Source: a virus. From it: a stretch of DNA of 64,000 nucleotides. A program made the translations under genes and the position numbers. How positions within the stretch are numbered: position 1 is the stretch's first letter; each line of letters begins with the position of its first letter. The notes under the pieces were generated by a model. It made no database searches. It had not been told where the DNA came from and saw nothing but the letters and a program-made list of their open reading frames with translations. The stretch lies in IMG/VR virus record IMGVR_UViG_3300025133_000066, positions 1 to 64,000 of that record. The stretch is one strand, 5' to 3'. This document shows, piece after piece, positions 38,207 to 51,000 of this stretch.

Positions 38207-41167
38207 TTATTCGCGCTCAACAGTTGAATCAAAACTTACATTCAAATCTACTGCTTTTCCTGTTTTTTTAGAAGTTAATCTAATCTTAAATGTCTTACCA
38301 AAAAGGGGCTCCTCTTTAAGCCCAAGTTTGATATCTCCCCCTTCGGTAAAACTACCTGCTGAAACATCCGGTAAAACTTGTGTAAGTCTGGGAAGTATAT
38401 TAAATAGTCTCTTGAAACTTTTTAATGTTTGTTTCGAATCCTTCACGACTTCATAAGATTCTATAAGTGGATATATGGCTCCGCTATTTTCAACTAATTC
38501 AACCTGATAAATCGCTGTTGGGTTTGAAGCGGTTCCCCTTCTGTCAACGGCTCTGAACATATAATAATATTTCTTATTTGGCTCTATATTATCCAAAAAG
38601 GCGGCGGCAGAAGCGAAATGATTTATACCATATGGCGTCGTTATTATAGAAGTATTCGCATCTTTAAAATCTTCATAACTTTTTGGGGGAGTTGATAACC
38701 TTCTTACTTCAAAAATGGCAGCAAGATTTTCAAACTCATCAGATTTAAATAATATTTTTTGAAAATCGTTCATTTTTCTTGCTTCTCGGAATAATGTATA
38801 ATATTTTTCCTCTTTTTCACTAAAAGTAATCGGTTCTTCTTCGAGACTTCCTTGGCTAGAATTTAAAAATAAAGATAGTTTGCTATCTCTCCCCTTATAA
38901 GTAATAAAATTAATATTCGGAAATAAGGGGGGATTGTCTAATATTGTTCCACGGCTTTCATAATAAGGAATTTGTACAAACTTGAGAGAAGGCTTGGTTA
39001 AAACATTTAATTTATATTCTTTGGGATCTTCCGGATCTATTTTGAGGACGGCCTGGAGGCCTTGAAGCGCCACGAGTGCGTCGTGAAATTCTTTTATGAT
39101 TTCCAAAAAAGCTGTTCCGGCTTCACCGAGTATGGACATATTTTGTTCTGTCCAGTCACTCTTCTCCCCCGATACGTCTACTCTTGCAATTTCATCCATA
39201 GCATCTGCATAACTGTCAAATTTTGTCATAAACCTCGTTTTGTCGGCACCATCGAGGCTTTGATATATCTCGGTGCCGGCGAGGGCCAGGATGCCCCCGT
39301 ATTCAGATGTAGATGCCGGATTAAACAAAGTCCTCAAATTATAATAAGCTTGAAAATAAAGATCCCAACCTGGAGTCACGTCGTGTGAAACAGTTGTGAC
39401 ACCTCCCGTTGCTGTTGATCCACCAGCAACCTCTGTTGCTTTAGTTCGGACGAACTCTGGATCTAAATCATAAACATATCCCGGAGATTCAAATGCATCC
39501 TCAGAGCTAATTCCTCGCAGGCTTCTTAATACTCGCTCAAATTTAAATACCTCAGCAATCAGCGGGCCGACTTGATCTCCAAAAGTGTCTAAAATAGACG
39601 GCGGAATGGGTTTTTGTAATCGATATTGGTATTCGGATCCGATCGTCATTTTGTAGGCATAAATTTTGTATTCGTATTTCTTTCCATATTTTACTTGTGT
39701 ATCAACATAGTCCAGCCCAAGATAAATGCTTTCTGCTGGAATCCAGAAATTTTGGATTGGTGTTGTAGACCCAAATTCAAATTTAGCTATTCTGTAGAAC
39801 ATAACATTTGAAAGATATGGTTTTTTACCGGAGAGGATCTGTGTAAAAGATCGTGTTTCGCTATCTAAAAGATCTTGAATCTCTTTTTTGATGTCCGAAA
39901 GTCCCACCCTATAAGCTAAGGCGACCGATGTTCCTCTTTTATGAATTTGGCTGACTCTATATTTAAGCTCCGTTGAGCGTCCTCCAGTCATATCTAGATA
40001 TCCCGATTTATCTTCTAAAATATATTTATTTGCATCTTCCTCGGAAATGTCAGGCGCTGCGGATAGGGCTAGAAGCAATATATCTACATCTATCAGTTTG
40101 ATATTTTCATCTTTTAGTGCGTAAACTTCCTTGAATTCCTGTTGAGTTTCGTCTAAATATGATGATGCAAGATAAGAATTGGTAAAGGATCTTTCCAGAG
40201 CCGCATAAGATAACTGAGTTATTGGTGCGTCTTCTGAGAGGCCGATATTTATTGCATCGCAGAAAGCCGTGGTAAAATCATTTTCAAATATTGCATCCCG
40301 TGCGCGATCAGACTCCGAAGTTCCCGGTGGATTTGAAAACGATATCATATTATAAAATGGAAATACATCCTGATACTGAAATAGGGCTGTACTTTCTTTG
40401 TAGGATTTTTGAGTTATGAAAAAATCTTTATAATCAGTGGTTCTAGCCTTGGATGGATCTGAAACACTTTTTATTAGGTAATCTCCTATGGAATATTCAG
40501 ATTTTAAGGGAGCCGCCTCGGAAGGTCTTTTATAATATTTTGTAACGTCAGTTTCTTGACTTACAACTTGAAAAAAGTTATAAAAATTATCAATCTCGGT
40601 TTCTTTAACCTCGGCTGAATTTATTGCTCTTTCATATTTTTCTAATCCGTAGTTATAGCGATAATCAACGGTTCCCTCTATGAGACTTATATTATCAACA
40701 TCTGAAACATATTCTATGGGAGCCGCTATATCGAAATAATAATCATAAAAGACTGTCTTCTCTGCGGGAATTATACTATTTTCTATGAAATTTTTAAAAA
40801 GAATATCTGGGTTTGGATCATCGGCTGTGGTCTCACTATCGTCTGCGTGATCGCCCGGTAATTTAGCTCTTATTTCGATCGTCTCGATATAGGTGGTAAG
40901 AAATAATCTGGAAAGACCACCAGGGCCGTGTATATTTTGGCGCGATGGAAGAATTGATTTATATTCGTAATTAACTTGACTCGTAGGTAATCCGAACTTG
41001 TCACCTATATCCAGACTATATTTTTGTAAAATCCGGAAGGTCTCTTCGCCACTAAATTGAGTGCTCCAATAGTTTTTTAAATCATTTCGAATAGGTTCCG
41101 TTGAGGAATTGAAATTATCAGTTAAAACAAATGTTTTATTATTAGCAATTGCACCTTCGTCAGCCAT
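38207..41167 (-). CDS. Large hypothetical virion protein (986 aa), possible Fn3/Ig-like segments
   Basis: YVDTQVKYGKKYEYKIYAY and DNIEPNKKYYYMFRAVD are Fn3-like strands. Confidence 0.55.
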   Translation of the reverse strand: MADEGAIANNKTFVLTDNFNSSTEPIRNDLKNYWSTQFSGEETFRILQKYSLDIGDKFGLPTSQVNYEYKSILPSRQNIHGPGGLSRLFLTTYIETIEIRAKLPGDHADDSETTADDPNPDILFKNFIENSIIPAEKTVFYDYYFDIAAPIEYVSDVDNISLIEGTVDYRYNYGLEKYERAINSAEVKETEIDNFYNFFQVVSQETDVTKYYKRPSEAAPLKSEYSIGDYLIKSVSDPSKARTTDYKDFFITQKSYKESTALFQYQDVFPFYNMISFSNPPGTSESDRARDAIFENDFTTAFCDAINIGLSEDAPITQLSYAALERSFTNSYLASSYLDETQQEFKEVYALKDENIKLIDVDILLLALSAAPDISEEDANKYILEDKSGYLDMTGGRSTELKYRVSQIHKRGTSVALAYRVGLSDIKKEIQDLLDSETRSFTQILSGKKPYLSNVMFYRIAKFEFGSTTPIQNFWIPAESIYLGLDYVDTQVKYGKKYEYKIYAYKMTIGSEYQYRLQKPIPPSILDTFGDQVGPLIAEVFKFERVLRSLRGISSEDAFESPGYVYDLDPEFVRTKATEVAGGSTATGGVTTVSHDVTPGWDLYFQAYYNLRTLFNPASTSEYGGILALAGTEIYQSLDGADKTRFMTKFDSYADAMDEIARVDVSGEKSDWTEQNMSILGEAGTAFLEIIKEFHDALVALQGLQAVLKIDPEDPKEYKLNVLTKPSLKFVQIPYYESRGTILDNPPLFPNINFITYKGRDSKLSLFLNSSQGSLEEEPITFSEKEEKYYTLFREARKMNDFQKILFKSDEFENLAAIFEVRRLSTPPKSYEDFKDANTSIITTPYGINHFASAAAFLDNIEPNKKYYYMFRAVDRRGTASNPTAIYQVELVENSGAIYPLIESYEVVKDSKQTLKSFKRLFNILPRLTQVLPDVSAGSFTEGGDIKLGLKEEPLFGKTFKIRLTSKKTGKAVDLNVSFDSTVERE

Positions 41168-43963
41168 TTAATTTCCTCCCCTTCGATTGGTAAATCCATC
41201 AATTATAAACTGTGGTACATCTATGATACTAAATTCTTCTTCTGGGGTTATATCTCCGGTGGGGTCGGAAATTCCAAGATCGAGACCAGAGATCTCTGCG
41301 GCGCCTGCGAGATTTAAGAGAAAATATCTATCGGGATAATTTCTCTCTTCAAATCCAATGCCAACTTTGAAAGCCTGATCATCGTACAGCGATAGTTTGC
41401 AGAGAAACTTTCCTGCCTGATTTATGTCATTCGTCTTAAACCTTCTAAATAGTGGCATTTTTAAACTTGGTATTCCATTTACATCGTTTCCAAAGCTATG
41501 TAAAATTTCTATTTTAACTAAATTCATATAATTTTCTTTCATCATATAGTAAGTATCTGGATTATCAAAATAATCACCTTCTGTTGCCAACCATTTGTTG
41601 GTACACTTGTCGGATTTACCGGCAAATAAAGCGCGGATTTGATTTGGCATATTTTTTACTTTTTTTAGTTCTTGAGAGCCGACAGATAAGGATGTGGCCA
41701 ATTTGATGTTGAATAAGTTTGCTATAGTAGATTCTATATTATTAAAAAATTCCTTGCTCAAATTCCAATCTTCTTCTTGCTTTAAGATGGCGTTTATAAA
41801 TAATCTATATCTATCTCTCGTATCTGTTGGTCCTTCGAATTCACCTTTTATCAACTCCACAGGTTCTGATTCGTAGGAAGTCATTTCAACCCCATCTAGA
41901 CTTGTTGCGTTAGTATAGGTTTCTTCTTTTTTTGGATCCGCTTTAGATTCTAGTTCATAAAAAGATCTTGCTTGAAGTGATATTCCAAGTTGTTGCATAA
42001 AATAAGAAACAGACAAGTCGGGGTCCATAAGCGTACTATGTTTATTTTGATAATGTATATTGTTTAATACTTCATTATTAAATATATTAAACTTTGTAAG
42101 CTCGACACCACTTATTATTTTGGGAGCCAAATAGGAATAGCGAGTTTGATCAAAATTAAAATATGAATTTCCCAACTCATTGGATGGACCCGGTGAGGAG
42201 AAGAATGTATCCCCATATATTTCAATTGATAAGTCGCGAAATGATTCTGGGCGGTTTTTTATTAATTTTCCAAACTCAAAACCACACCTATCGACAAAAT
42301 CTATCTCGGACATTGAAGAAATTCCAAGGTCATCGTTCGCCGTAATATTAATATAATCATAATTTAAATTTCTTAATTCATCAAAGTTCACAATTGTATT
42401 AAACTTTGTTTGAAATTCCAAAAAGAATAAATGTGCATTATCTTTTGCATAACCAGTAGATAATGAAAAATTTATTTGAGAAGTTAGAGCCGATGAACCA
42501 ATGAAGACAGAGATTTTATTTACAAAATTATCCACATATCTCATTAGTTCTAGGGTGGTTTTTTCATAAACTAAAAGATTTAGGAACTCATATCGTAATT
42601 CAGGTGTTACATCAATATTAGAATTTAGTGTACTTAAGATATCCACCAGAGTATTGATGGCGGCGATGTTTTGGCTGATCAGGGCAACTTCGGCGGCGGG
42701 TGTGTCAATAAAGGTGAAGTCGGTGGAACCACTCTTTGCACTTAAATTTATATATTTTACTAGATAATAATTTTTAAAGGTATTTTGTGCATCGACAAGT
42801 TTTTCTAATGAGTTCAATAACCACAATAAAATACCATCTTCCATCTTTAACCCGACAAAATATGCATATTTACCATCGTTGGCTGTATCATAATCATTAA
42901 AAGCGATCACCTTGTAATATTTTTCAGGAAATCCCAGACTTATTTCTCCAATTCTTGACATTGGAAGATTTGAAGTGCTAAAGGTCCTCGTGGCATCTTG
43001 TATTTTGTTGTTATTCTCGAACGTTTCAATGAGAAGCTCTTTTATCTCGTTTTTAGAGGCTGCTATCGTGTTGTTTTTAAAATCTCTTGTGTTCTTTTGT
43101 TTTTGCCTATAGATTCGAATACTATTTAAGCATGAACTTGACATAATTTCATCTTTGATTTTTGGCTTTATTTTAGGATTACTTAATATCTTGCCAAATG
43201 TGCTGTTATCTCTCAAAAAATTTAATTTATCAAAAACAAACATCGACTTAATTTCATTTTTCTTGCCATAAGAGGGCATAAGGTCAGAAATATTAGCCTT
43301 TTTAATAGGCTTTTCACGAAACAAGTTGAAATTGAACAAATTATTGTAATAATTTTGCCTCAAATCTTCAATGCTTGATTTTTTTGGCGCCAGAGATCCC
43401 TTTTCTATGACTGTCTGGGAGATCGCAATATCATATTCTCTGCTTGAGAATGTTGCTGCCGATGCTTGGTCAAATCCACGCCTCTCTACCTCTCCCTGCT
43501 CTCCTAAAATTGATTCCAAATACGGCAAAACAATAATTTGTAAATTTTCACTCTTATTTAATGTTGTTTTAAATAAGAAAGGATATTTTATTACTGTACC
43601 CGACCTTAAGTCTTCTTTTTTAATGGTATATAGGCTTGGATTTAGTTTATTAGCACCTATAAATGTTTGATATTCTAATTTTCTTGTCTGAATTATAAAA
43701 TGGTCTGGTGGTTTTTCGACCGACGAGATAAAATCGGCGGCGCTCGTGGATATTGGGTCTCCATAATTATATATCACCTTAACATACAGCGGGAGGCCCA
43801 AAGATAGATCCAAATCTGGTATCAATTTATTTTCCTCTGCTATGAGTCTGGTGTTGATGGAAATATTCACGCCTATGGCATATTCTTCTTCGGTAGAATC
43901 AGAAGATGTTACATTGGTAATGGATGTTTTATCAATTTTTAATGCACCGTTAAGAAACCCCAT
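41168..43963 (-). CDS. Large hypothetical protein (931 aa)
   Basis: Coupled long ORF in the baseplate operon. Confidence 0.7.
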   Translation of the reverse strand: MGFLNGALKIDKTSITNVTSSDSTEEEYAIGVNISINTRLIAEENKLIPDLDLSLGLPLYVKVIYNYGDPISTSAADFISSVEKPPDHFIIQTRKLEYQTFIGANKLNPSLYTIKKEDLRSGTVIKYPFLFKTTLNKSENLQIIVLPYLESILGEQGEVERRGFDQASAATFSSREYDIAISQTVIEKGSLAPKKSSIEDLRQNYYNNLFNFNLFREKPIKKANISDLMPSYGKKNEIKSMFVFDKLNFLRDNSTFGKILSNPKIKPKIKDEIMSSSCLNSIRIYRQKQKNTRDFKNNTIAASKNEIKELLIETFENNNKIQDATRTFSTSNLPMSRIGEISLGFPEKYYKVIAFNDYDTANDGKYAYFVGLKMEDGILLWLLNSLEKLVDAQNTFKNYYLVKYINLSAKSGSTDFTFIDTPAAEVALISQNIAAINTLVDILSTLNSNIDVTPELRYEFLNLLVYEKTTLELMRYVDNFVNKISVFIGSSALTSQINFSLSTGYAKDNAHLFFLEFQTKFNTIVNFDELRNLNYDYINITANDDLGISSMSEIDFVDRCGFEFGKLIKNRPESFRDLSIEIYGDTFFSSPGPSNELGNSYFNFDQTRYSYLAPKIISGVELTKFNIFNNEVLNNIHYQNKHSTLMDPDLSVSYFMQQLGISLQARSFYELESKADPKKEETYTNATSLDGVEMTSYESEPVELIKGEFEGPTDTRDRYRLFINAILKQEEDWNLSKEFFNNIESTIANLFNIKLATSLSVGSQELKKVKNMPNQIRALFAGKSDKCTNKWLATEGDYFDNPDTYYMMKENYMNLVKIEILHSFGNDVNGIPSLKMPLFRRFKTNDINQAGKFLCKLSLYDDQAFKVGIGFEERNYPDRYFLLNLAGAAEISGLDLGISDPTGDITPEEEFSIIDVPQFIIDGFTNRRGGN

Positions 43964-45000
43964 CAGCTACAGTCCTCCACATCAGCAGAAGTTACATTTG
44001 TGCCGTAAATATCTGCAACTGCCTTTATTACATTAGGTGCGCGATCAGATGAGTAGCCGTTATCAGTATAAAATCCTTTTGATTTGATTTCGCTGATAGA
44101 ATTTGCTATTATTTCTTTATCGATGTTAGAGTCGCAATATATATCGAAGTAATATTCAACATTTGTCGTCTCTAAGATAATTTCTTCGTCATCCTCCGCG
44201 TCATCCTCGTCAAGCAAAATATTATTGACAATTTTCTGCTTTTTCTGTTTTTTAGCAAAAGTCAAAGGAATCAACTCTTCTTCTCCGCTGTCGCTAGAAT
44301 CTATTTTAAAAACTTCAATATCAAAGTTCTCCATTTTAAAATTAGTATTTTCTTCTAAAATATCAGCTAAAATATAATCATTTTTTATGAATAAAAAACT
44401 ACCATCATCTGCAAGTTGTGATGTGATATAGGAATCGGCTAATTCAGCTACCTGATTCTCATCGGTGGGGCTCAAATTATCATCAAAATCCATAGGCAAA
44501 CCATCTCCAGACGTAAAAAGAGATTCTTGAACATATATTTTATAATTTACCGATGCACTCAATTGAGGAATTATTTTTTTACCAAATTTAGTCTCATAAG
44601 TCAAATCATAAGAATCTACGCCCCCCTTCAAGAACTTCATCACAATTGCTGGATATTTATCATTGGATATCTGAGATGTTCCCAAGTCTCGACTTAAAGA
44701 ATCCCTCTTAGATGGAGCGGTGGGAACTATTTTATCTCCTCCTCCAAAATCAACTTCAATTCCTTCTTGAAATTTTCCTGTAAACTTGTATTGAGTTTGT
44801 AATTGGGGAGTTGTGCTCCTTATTCTATTGTCAATTTCATTTTGATTTTCGGTTGTGCCGCCATATTGAGAGTCATAAAGCATATTATCATCAAAAAATG
44901 CATAGTAAGCTGGTCTAAATTTACCCTTCGAAAGTAAATATTTACCATATGGAGTTAATTCGATGTCCAAGACTTCTTCTTTTTTATTCATAAAAAGCAT
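43963..45000 (-). CDS. Virion protein; N-terminus related to 37193..38122 (345 aa)
   Basis: DIELTPYGKYLLSKG..YYAFFDDNMLY parallels DAVLTDAGRERLARG..KFALGDDEINY. Confidence 0.55.
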   Translation of the reverse strand: MLFMNKKEEVLDIELTPYGKYLLSKGKFRPAYYAFFDDNMLYDSQYGGTTENQNEIDNRIRSTTPQLQTQYKFTGKFQEGIEVDFGGGDKIVPTAPSKRDSLSRDLGTSQISNDKYPAIVMKFLKGGVDSYDLTYETKFGKKIIPQLSASVNYKIYVQESLFTSGDGLPMDFDDNLSPTDENQVAELADSYITSQLADDGSFLFIKNDYILADILEENTNFKMENFDIEVFKIDSSDSGEEELIPLTFAKKQKKQKIVNNILLDEDDAEDDEEIILETTNVEYYFDIYCDSNIDKEIIANSISEIKSKGFYTDNGYSSDRAPNVIKAVADIYGTNVTSADVEDCS

Positions 45001-45005
45001 TTATT

Positions 45006-48000
45006 TTAATCCTCCTCCGATGGTGGTATTGTCGGAGTGAAGCCCGAACTAGGACCAATGTCTCTTTTCTGTATATCTATATTTGCTACCACTCCCGCTT
45101 GTACGGCAGCGGCGGAGTTCTTATTCTGCGCGGCGGATGAGGCATTTGCTTGGCCAACATCTGTGTTTAAGTCTGGTGGGAGGCCAGTGGTGGAAACCGG
45201 TGCTGTTTTTGCGAGTGCTGCCAAACCATCATCTCCATAAGAAACAGTTGCATCTATTTTGGCAAATTCAACCATTGAGAAATAATCATAAGGCCAGTTG
45301 TAGCCGAATACCAATTGATCTTCCGCAGATAACGCCGATGTTTTTTTGGTAGATTCGGCAAGATTATCATAATAATTAGTTTCCGCTCTCTGTTTTACTT
45401 TGAATACCATCCACCGTACTTCATCTTGTAAATCCTTCAACATTTGTTTATTTTTTAAAAGAGGATGAGATATTGTTGCAGTTGATTCTTTAAATTGAGT
45501 TCCAAATTTCGGAGCAATGTTTTGCCATATATAAGATAGATCATTTTTATCGAATGTGTGTTCAAATTCAAAAATATACATTGCGACAGGCTTTGCGCTT
45601 AAGTTTCTAATAAAATCAAATTCAGGCGGGAAAACATATTTATTTTTAATTTTATCTGCCATTTGAAGAACATCTTCATCCACCAGCATTTTATCAGAAA
45701 GATCTTGAGAAATCCCCGAAACATATTCTGCCCAACTTATATTTGCAAAAGGAAGAGAGGGAAAACGATCTTCGATGGGCGCTGACGACCATGCTATTGA
45801 ATAAACATCATTTGTTGGAAGTTCGAAAAACGACCTCCTAGCAAGATTTCCAATTTTAATTTTTTTAGCTGTCTTTTTGATGTTTACCACAAAAGGAACA
45901 GCCACAATAGCTTCGTAAACCGTTCTTGAATCTGAGAGTTGCCCAAGTTTCTTGGTGTTTTTTGCCTGTCTTACCGGACGTCCTGGATTTTGTTTTGGAA
46001 TAAATCCGAGGTTCTGCGCCAAAGACTTTACATCGCCGCCATTATAAAAGGCCGTTATATCGGAATCGTCGGCGCGAGTCTCTAACCAACTTCGGTCGAT
46101 ATCGGCAACTTCAAGAAAAATTCCCTTATTTTCTTCCGGAATTAATCCAAATTGATGCCACATACCAATGGGAGTTGTAGTAATTCCTCCATATCCTTCC
46201 CACGGCTCTTCTGCACCTGTACCCGTTGTCGGAGTTGCAATAACATCAAAGTTTAATGGTCTCTCTGTGGTGTCTCCGAAATTCATTATTGGTGTTTCAA
46301 ATTTAGTTTGAATTGTCCACCTGAGAACATTTGTTGACGGATCCGCATCTGATGGGACATACTCTTTTTGAAATATGTTTAAAGAGGAGCTTAATTGCAT
46401 CGCAAAGCCGTTGACATTATCTTTGTACATTGGATATCCAGTTCCCGAGCCCGTGCTTGGCCAAGATTCAATGCTTGGGATGACCATCGAATCGAGATTC
46501 TTTTTATCGATTCTCCAATATTTTAAAGCGGCATCATTAAATATTTGATCTAGAGTGGGGGTGCCATCGGCAGACGCTTCATATATAATATCTAGCCAAG
46601 CTTCTCCATTATAATAGGGGGGAGTGTGAGAGGGGTAATATCCTTGTGTTGCATCAGCAAGAGAATAATTATTGGGGCCCGTATTTACAGTGGCTCCTGT
46701 ATTCCTGTCTACATTTGGGGCGCCGGCTACCGGTGGCCCAAAAGCAGATGGTCTGGAATACATAGTCATAGTCTCAAAGTTATCGTTGTTAAAAAATAAG
46801 TCCTGAGGATATGGATGTTGATTCCCGGCACCGCCACCGAAACCGCGATTACCTACCGTCGATCTATACATTTTAATTCTCATCCCGTAAAACGAGCCAG
46901 ATTTCAATGGAATAAAATTATCTTCTGATACAGATGAGATAGAACTTAGGGATTCATTTTTTAAGAAGAATTTAGGTACCTCACCCAAGAAATTGTTTAT
47001 CATTAGTTTGTAAGGGTTTCTTGGATCTGTTGGGGCGTTCCTTATTTCTGTCCAAAACTTGCCAGTATTGGCGGAGGAACTAGCACTCGCAGATGGGTGG
47101 GGCTCCATATCATATATCTTAATATCAAAATCATCAAACGATTCTGGCTCCAACAGTGCCTCAAACGGCACCCTATAATCCCACGCATCGCCTCCTCCGG
47201 GCCCAGAGCCGACACCAACTAAATAATAGTCACTATCATCAGTTGTGGAGCCGACTCCTCCCGAGTTTGCAATTCTGACCGGCGTCCAATCATCTGTATA
47301 AATTGGATAATCAACTGCCACCCCGGATTTGATGGTATTAAACATCACTCCTGGTGCAAACATTGTTGCCAGAATGGGCCTATATTTTAAAATATCCACA
47401 TCTGCGGGTAGGCCATACTTGTCATCGGGAACAATTGCGGACTCGTCTAAAAATGAAGTTTTAAATTCTTTAGCGATTTCCAAAGTTCTTTCGACAGGAT
47501 AAAAGCCGTCATAAGGAATAAATTTCATTAATGCTTTGCAAGAAAGAGTTAGATTCTTTGGCAAGCCCGTAAATTGATCGTGCTCATCGGAAATAACTTC
47601 AAAATATTCCATAAAATCTGAGAAAGAATAAATTTTGTAAAAATCGGGTTCGGAGCTATTCTGTGGGGTGTTATCTGATGTTTGGATAGCATATGAGGCG
47701 CCATTTCCATCTATGGTGGTATATAAGACTGTTTGAATATTGTCCTCATTGACTCCAAAAATTGAAAATGACGCGGAGTTATTTGAATTAAAACCGTCTG
47801 ATATATATTTTTGAATATGATCGCTTATTCTAAATTCTGGGATTAAGGACATATCTTTGTTTTTTAATCTCATATTAAGATTGTATAATTCATATTTATC
47901 ATAAAATGGTGTTGATGGAGAAGAAACAAAAGATCCGTCTTCAACATAACCAGCCAATGTGTGGGCTTCAAATTTAGCATTTCCCCCAAAGATAGAAAGA

Positions 48001-51000
48001 TGACCCAAGGAATTAAATAATGAAACACTTGGCCAGTTATTTCCCGTTATTTCATTAGCCATCAAATAATTAGAAGATGTTGCAACAGCCCTCAAAGATG
48101 CTGGGCCCGAGCGATTCAACGAGGAGTGTATGCTTCCCAGCGTATGTTTTCTAGCATAAGTCGGAGAAGGCTTTAGATCTGCTTGAAGCCCGGTAACGGC
48201 CTGATTGAATAACCTAAAAGCAAATGTATAGTCATTTTGAAGCTCTCCTGCGGCGCCAATAGATGCACTTTCGGCTATATATGTCGAAAGGCCTGTTCCA
48301 AATTGCTCGGCAGTGTCAATGGACCAAGCGCTTTGGGAAACCACAAATCCTTGTGAATTTTCTCCTCCTCCGAATTTAGATTCGCCAAGAGTTGTTCTAT
48401 CTAATCTGGAATCTCTCCAAAAAGTATTTTGATATCCAACCCTTGCTCTATTTCTGGTGCTGTAACAATTAATGGCTGCTGGGTATATTTGTTCTCCATA
48501 GGCAAAATAATCAATTCCCTGTATAGGATTATTTATATTAAGCAGGGCGCCATTTGTATACAAAGATAGAATGCGTTCATAGGAGGTCGTAACATTGTCA
48601 TTTGTTATGTTTAGATCTGTCGAAATCGCGCGATTAGCAAAAAATGTTTTTTCACTTCCGTAGGAACTATTGATTTTTATGGTTGCTAAAGAAGGGGTAT
48701 AGGGCCCCGAGGTTAAGTTTGGAGTTGCCGTTGTTAATATATGTCTTAGTGGCTTGTATTTGGAAATAATAGGAGGATCTTCTCTCAATTTAAAGCTGTC
48801 ATTTTCCAAATTATATGCAGTTATATTCGAGCTATTCCACTTTTTAACCAACGGATTTTCGTTTCCTCGAATTTGTTTCCACGAAGGATGTTGATAGGGG
48901 CCATTGCGCTTTAATAATATAGCATTTAATAGTGCAGCAGGGCCGGCATCATAATCAAATGCATCTTGATTAGTAAACCCATCTGGAATTAGAGCGGAAT
49001 TCACATAATCTGAAATATTTGCAGCCGAGGGCCCATATCCTATGAAAGAATTTGAATATTCCAAAGGCTCGTAAACATTATAATTAAGCCAATTATAAAC
49101 CGTTGGAATATAGTAGCTCGAAGTAAAAGAATAAGAGCCGCCTGTACCCAATACGGGCAACGAATTTTTATCAAAGCCAAAGACATAAAAATTCTGTGCT
49201 GGTGGACCTGCAAAGGGGTTTTTTTGATAATGTATTGATACATAATCACTCGCAGAAGAGAATGTCACCAAATCCCCCTCTCCGCTATAAGGAAGATACC
49301 CAAATGTATCATAGGAAATAGCCGAAGCTGTTATCCAAGCATACTGTAAATCTGTTCTTGGGATTGGATGTTGGACATAAAAGTTGTCATAGACCGATGC
49401 TGTAACCGTTGTTGCTCCAGAATCCTTCATTTGTTTGATCGGGTTGCGATTAACCTGATATATACTGCCGGTTCCGTCATAATTTAATGAATTAACTGAA
49501 GAAGAGCCAACACCGATGTTAAATGTATCGGCATAATACCCAAATTGGTTTACATGCGATGCCAGCAAAAGCCTATAAGGATCTCTTACGGCGAAATTTC
49601 TGTAATTAATATCATTATACACCGAAAATTCAGCAGCCTCTGGGTCCAAACCAGGACCGCCATCAGAATCGCCTGCTGTGGACGCGTCTCCCGGACAAGA
49701 AAACCGATTCACAAAGACCCATGCTGATCTTCCTCTTTGTAGTTTTACATAATCATCCAATCCGGCGACAAAAGGAGATGGAATTTCTGAAGCTTCGAAG
49801 CCTCCCGCTTTTACAAAGGCAGAATTGTTCTCGGTTCTTCCACAAGTTTGGACAATTTGATAATCTTGACTATAGTTTCCAAGCTCTCCTGTGGTCATGT
49901 TATCTTTGATATTCTTAATATTGAGAGATCTTTTTGCTACCAAATCTCGATAAAACACGGCTCGGGGCGAATTCACAGGCTGATGTACAAATTTCATCGC
50001 TGTTGGGCCGGTCTGAAATTCTAATGCCCATGCTTCTGGTCGGTCTGTGACAGTATCCGTACCCTGATTAAGAGGAATATGTCTGTGTTGGTTTCCGCCA
50101 ACCCACTTCTCAGTAAATGGGCCCTGTAACGGCACCTCATAATCTTCATATGAATCAATATGCAGGTTATTTACTCCAAATCCTGGTTTGAAGTCTGTAT
50201 TTATCTTGCTATTGTACCCCGTCGTAACGGATGAACTAACTGGGACGAATGGGGCTAGGAAATCACCTTCACCAGTCGCATAGCCAGATTCATCAGCCGT
50301 ATTTGTAGCCTCAAAAGAAAATTTCTTCTTTAAATGAGGATCTAAAACATCGTTACAGTCTTTAAGTCCCTTTACCTGAGATTCTCGGATGATGACTCCG
50401 GAAGAATTTCCAAATTGGATAGCACTTTTTACATTCGTTCTGATATTATTATTATTCGAAGTTAGGCCGCCGTGGATATCATTAGATCTTATAATATTTA
50501 ATTTAAGGGGTGTAGAAAGTTTTCTATTCAAAGCTGAAAGTGTGACTGATAGGATTTGTTCTTTATCGGCATCAACTCCTGCATCGCCAGTAGCTAATGG
50601 TGCTTTATTTCTCTCTGCTTTTTCTTTCCACCAAAAACATGACTCATTTTGAGCATCAGAAACTGGGTGGTGTCCATATTCCCAGTTATATAACATCTCG
50701 TTGATTCCGCGCGCGGCGGCTTCAGGATCATCTTGCTTTAAATCAACAGTTGGATATTTATTCCAATATTTATTTCGCTCTAAAATGTGACTTTCGACAA
50801 CGGTTCTTATTCCATCCTGCTTAACAACACTGGCAGGGAACAAATCCATTATCATTTGGCCCAAAGAGCTATCAATCCACTTATAATACTCGATATATCT
50901 CTCTATATCGGGCTCATTTTGAACTTTTTCAAAAAATAAATGTCTTAATTTTTGGAGATCTTTATATTCTTGACGATATCTGTTAACCGGGTTGCCGATT

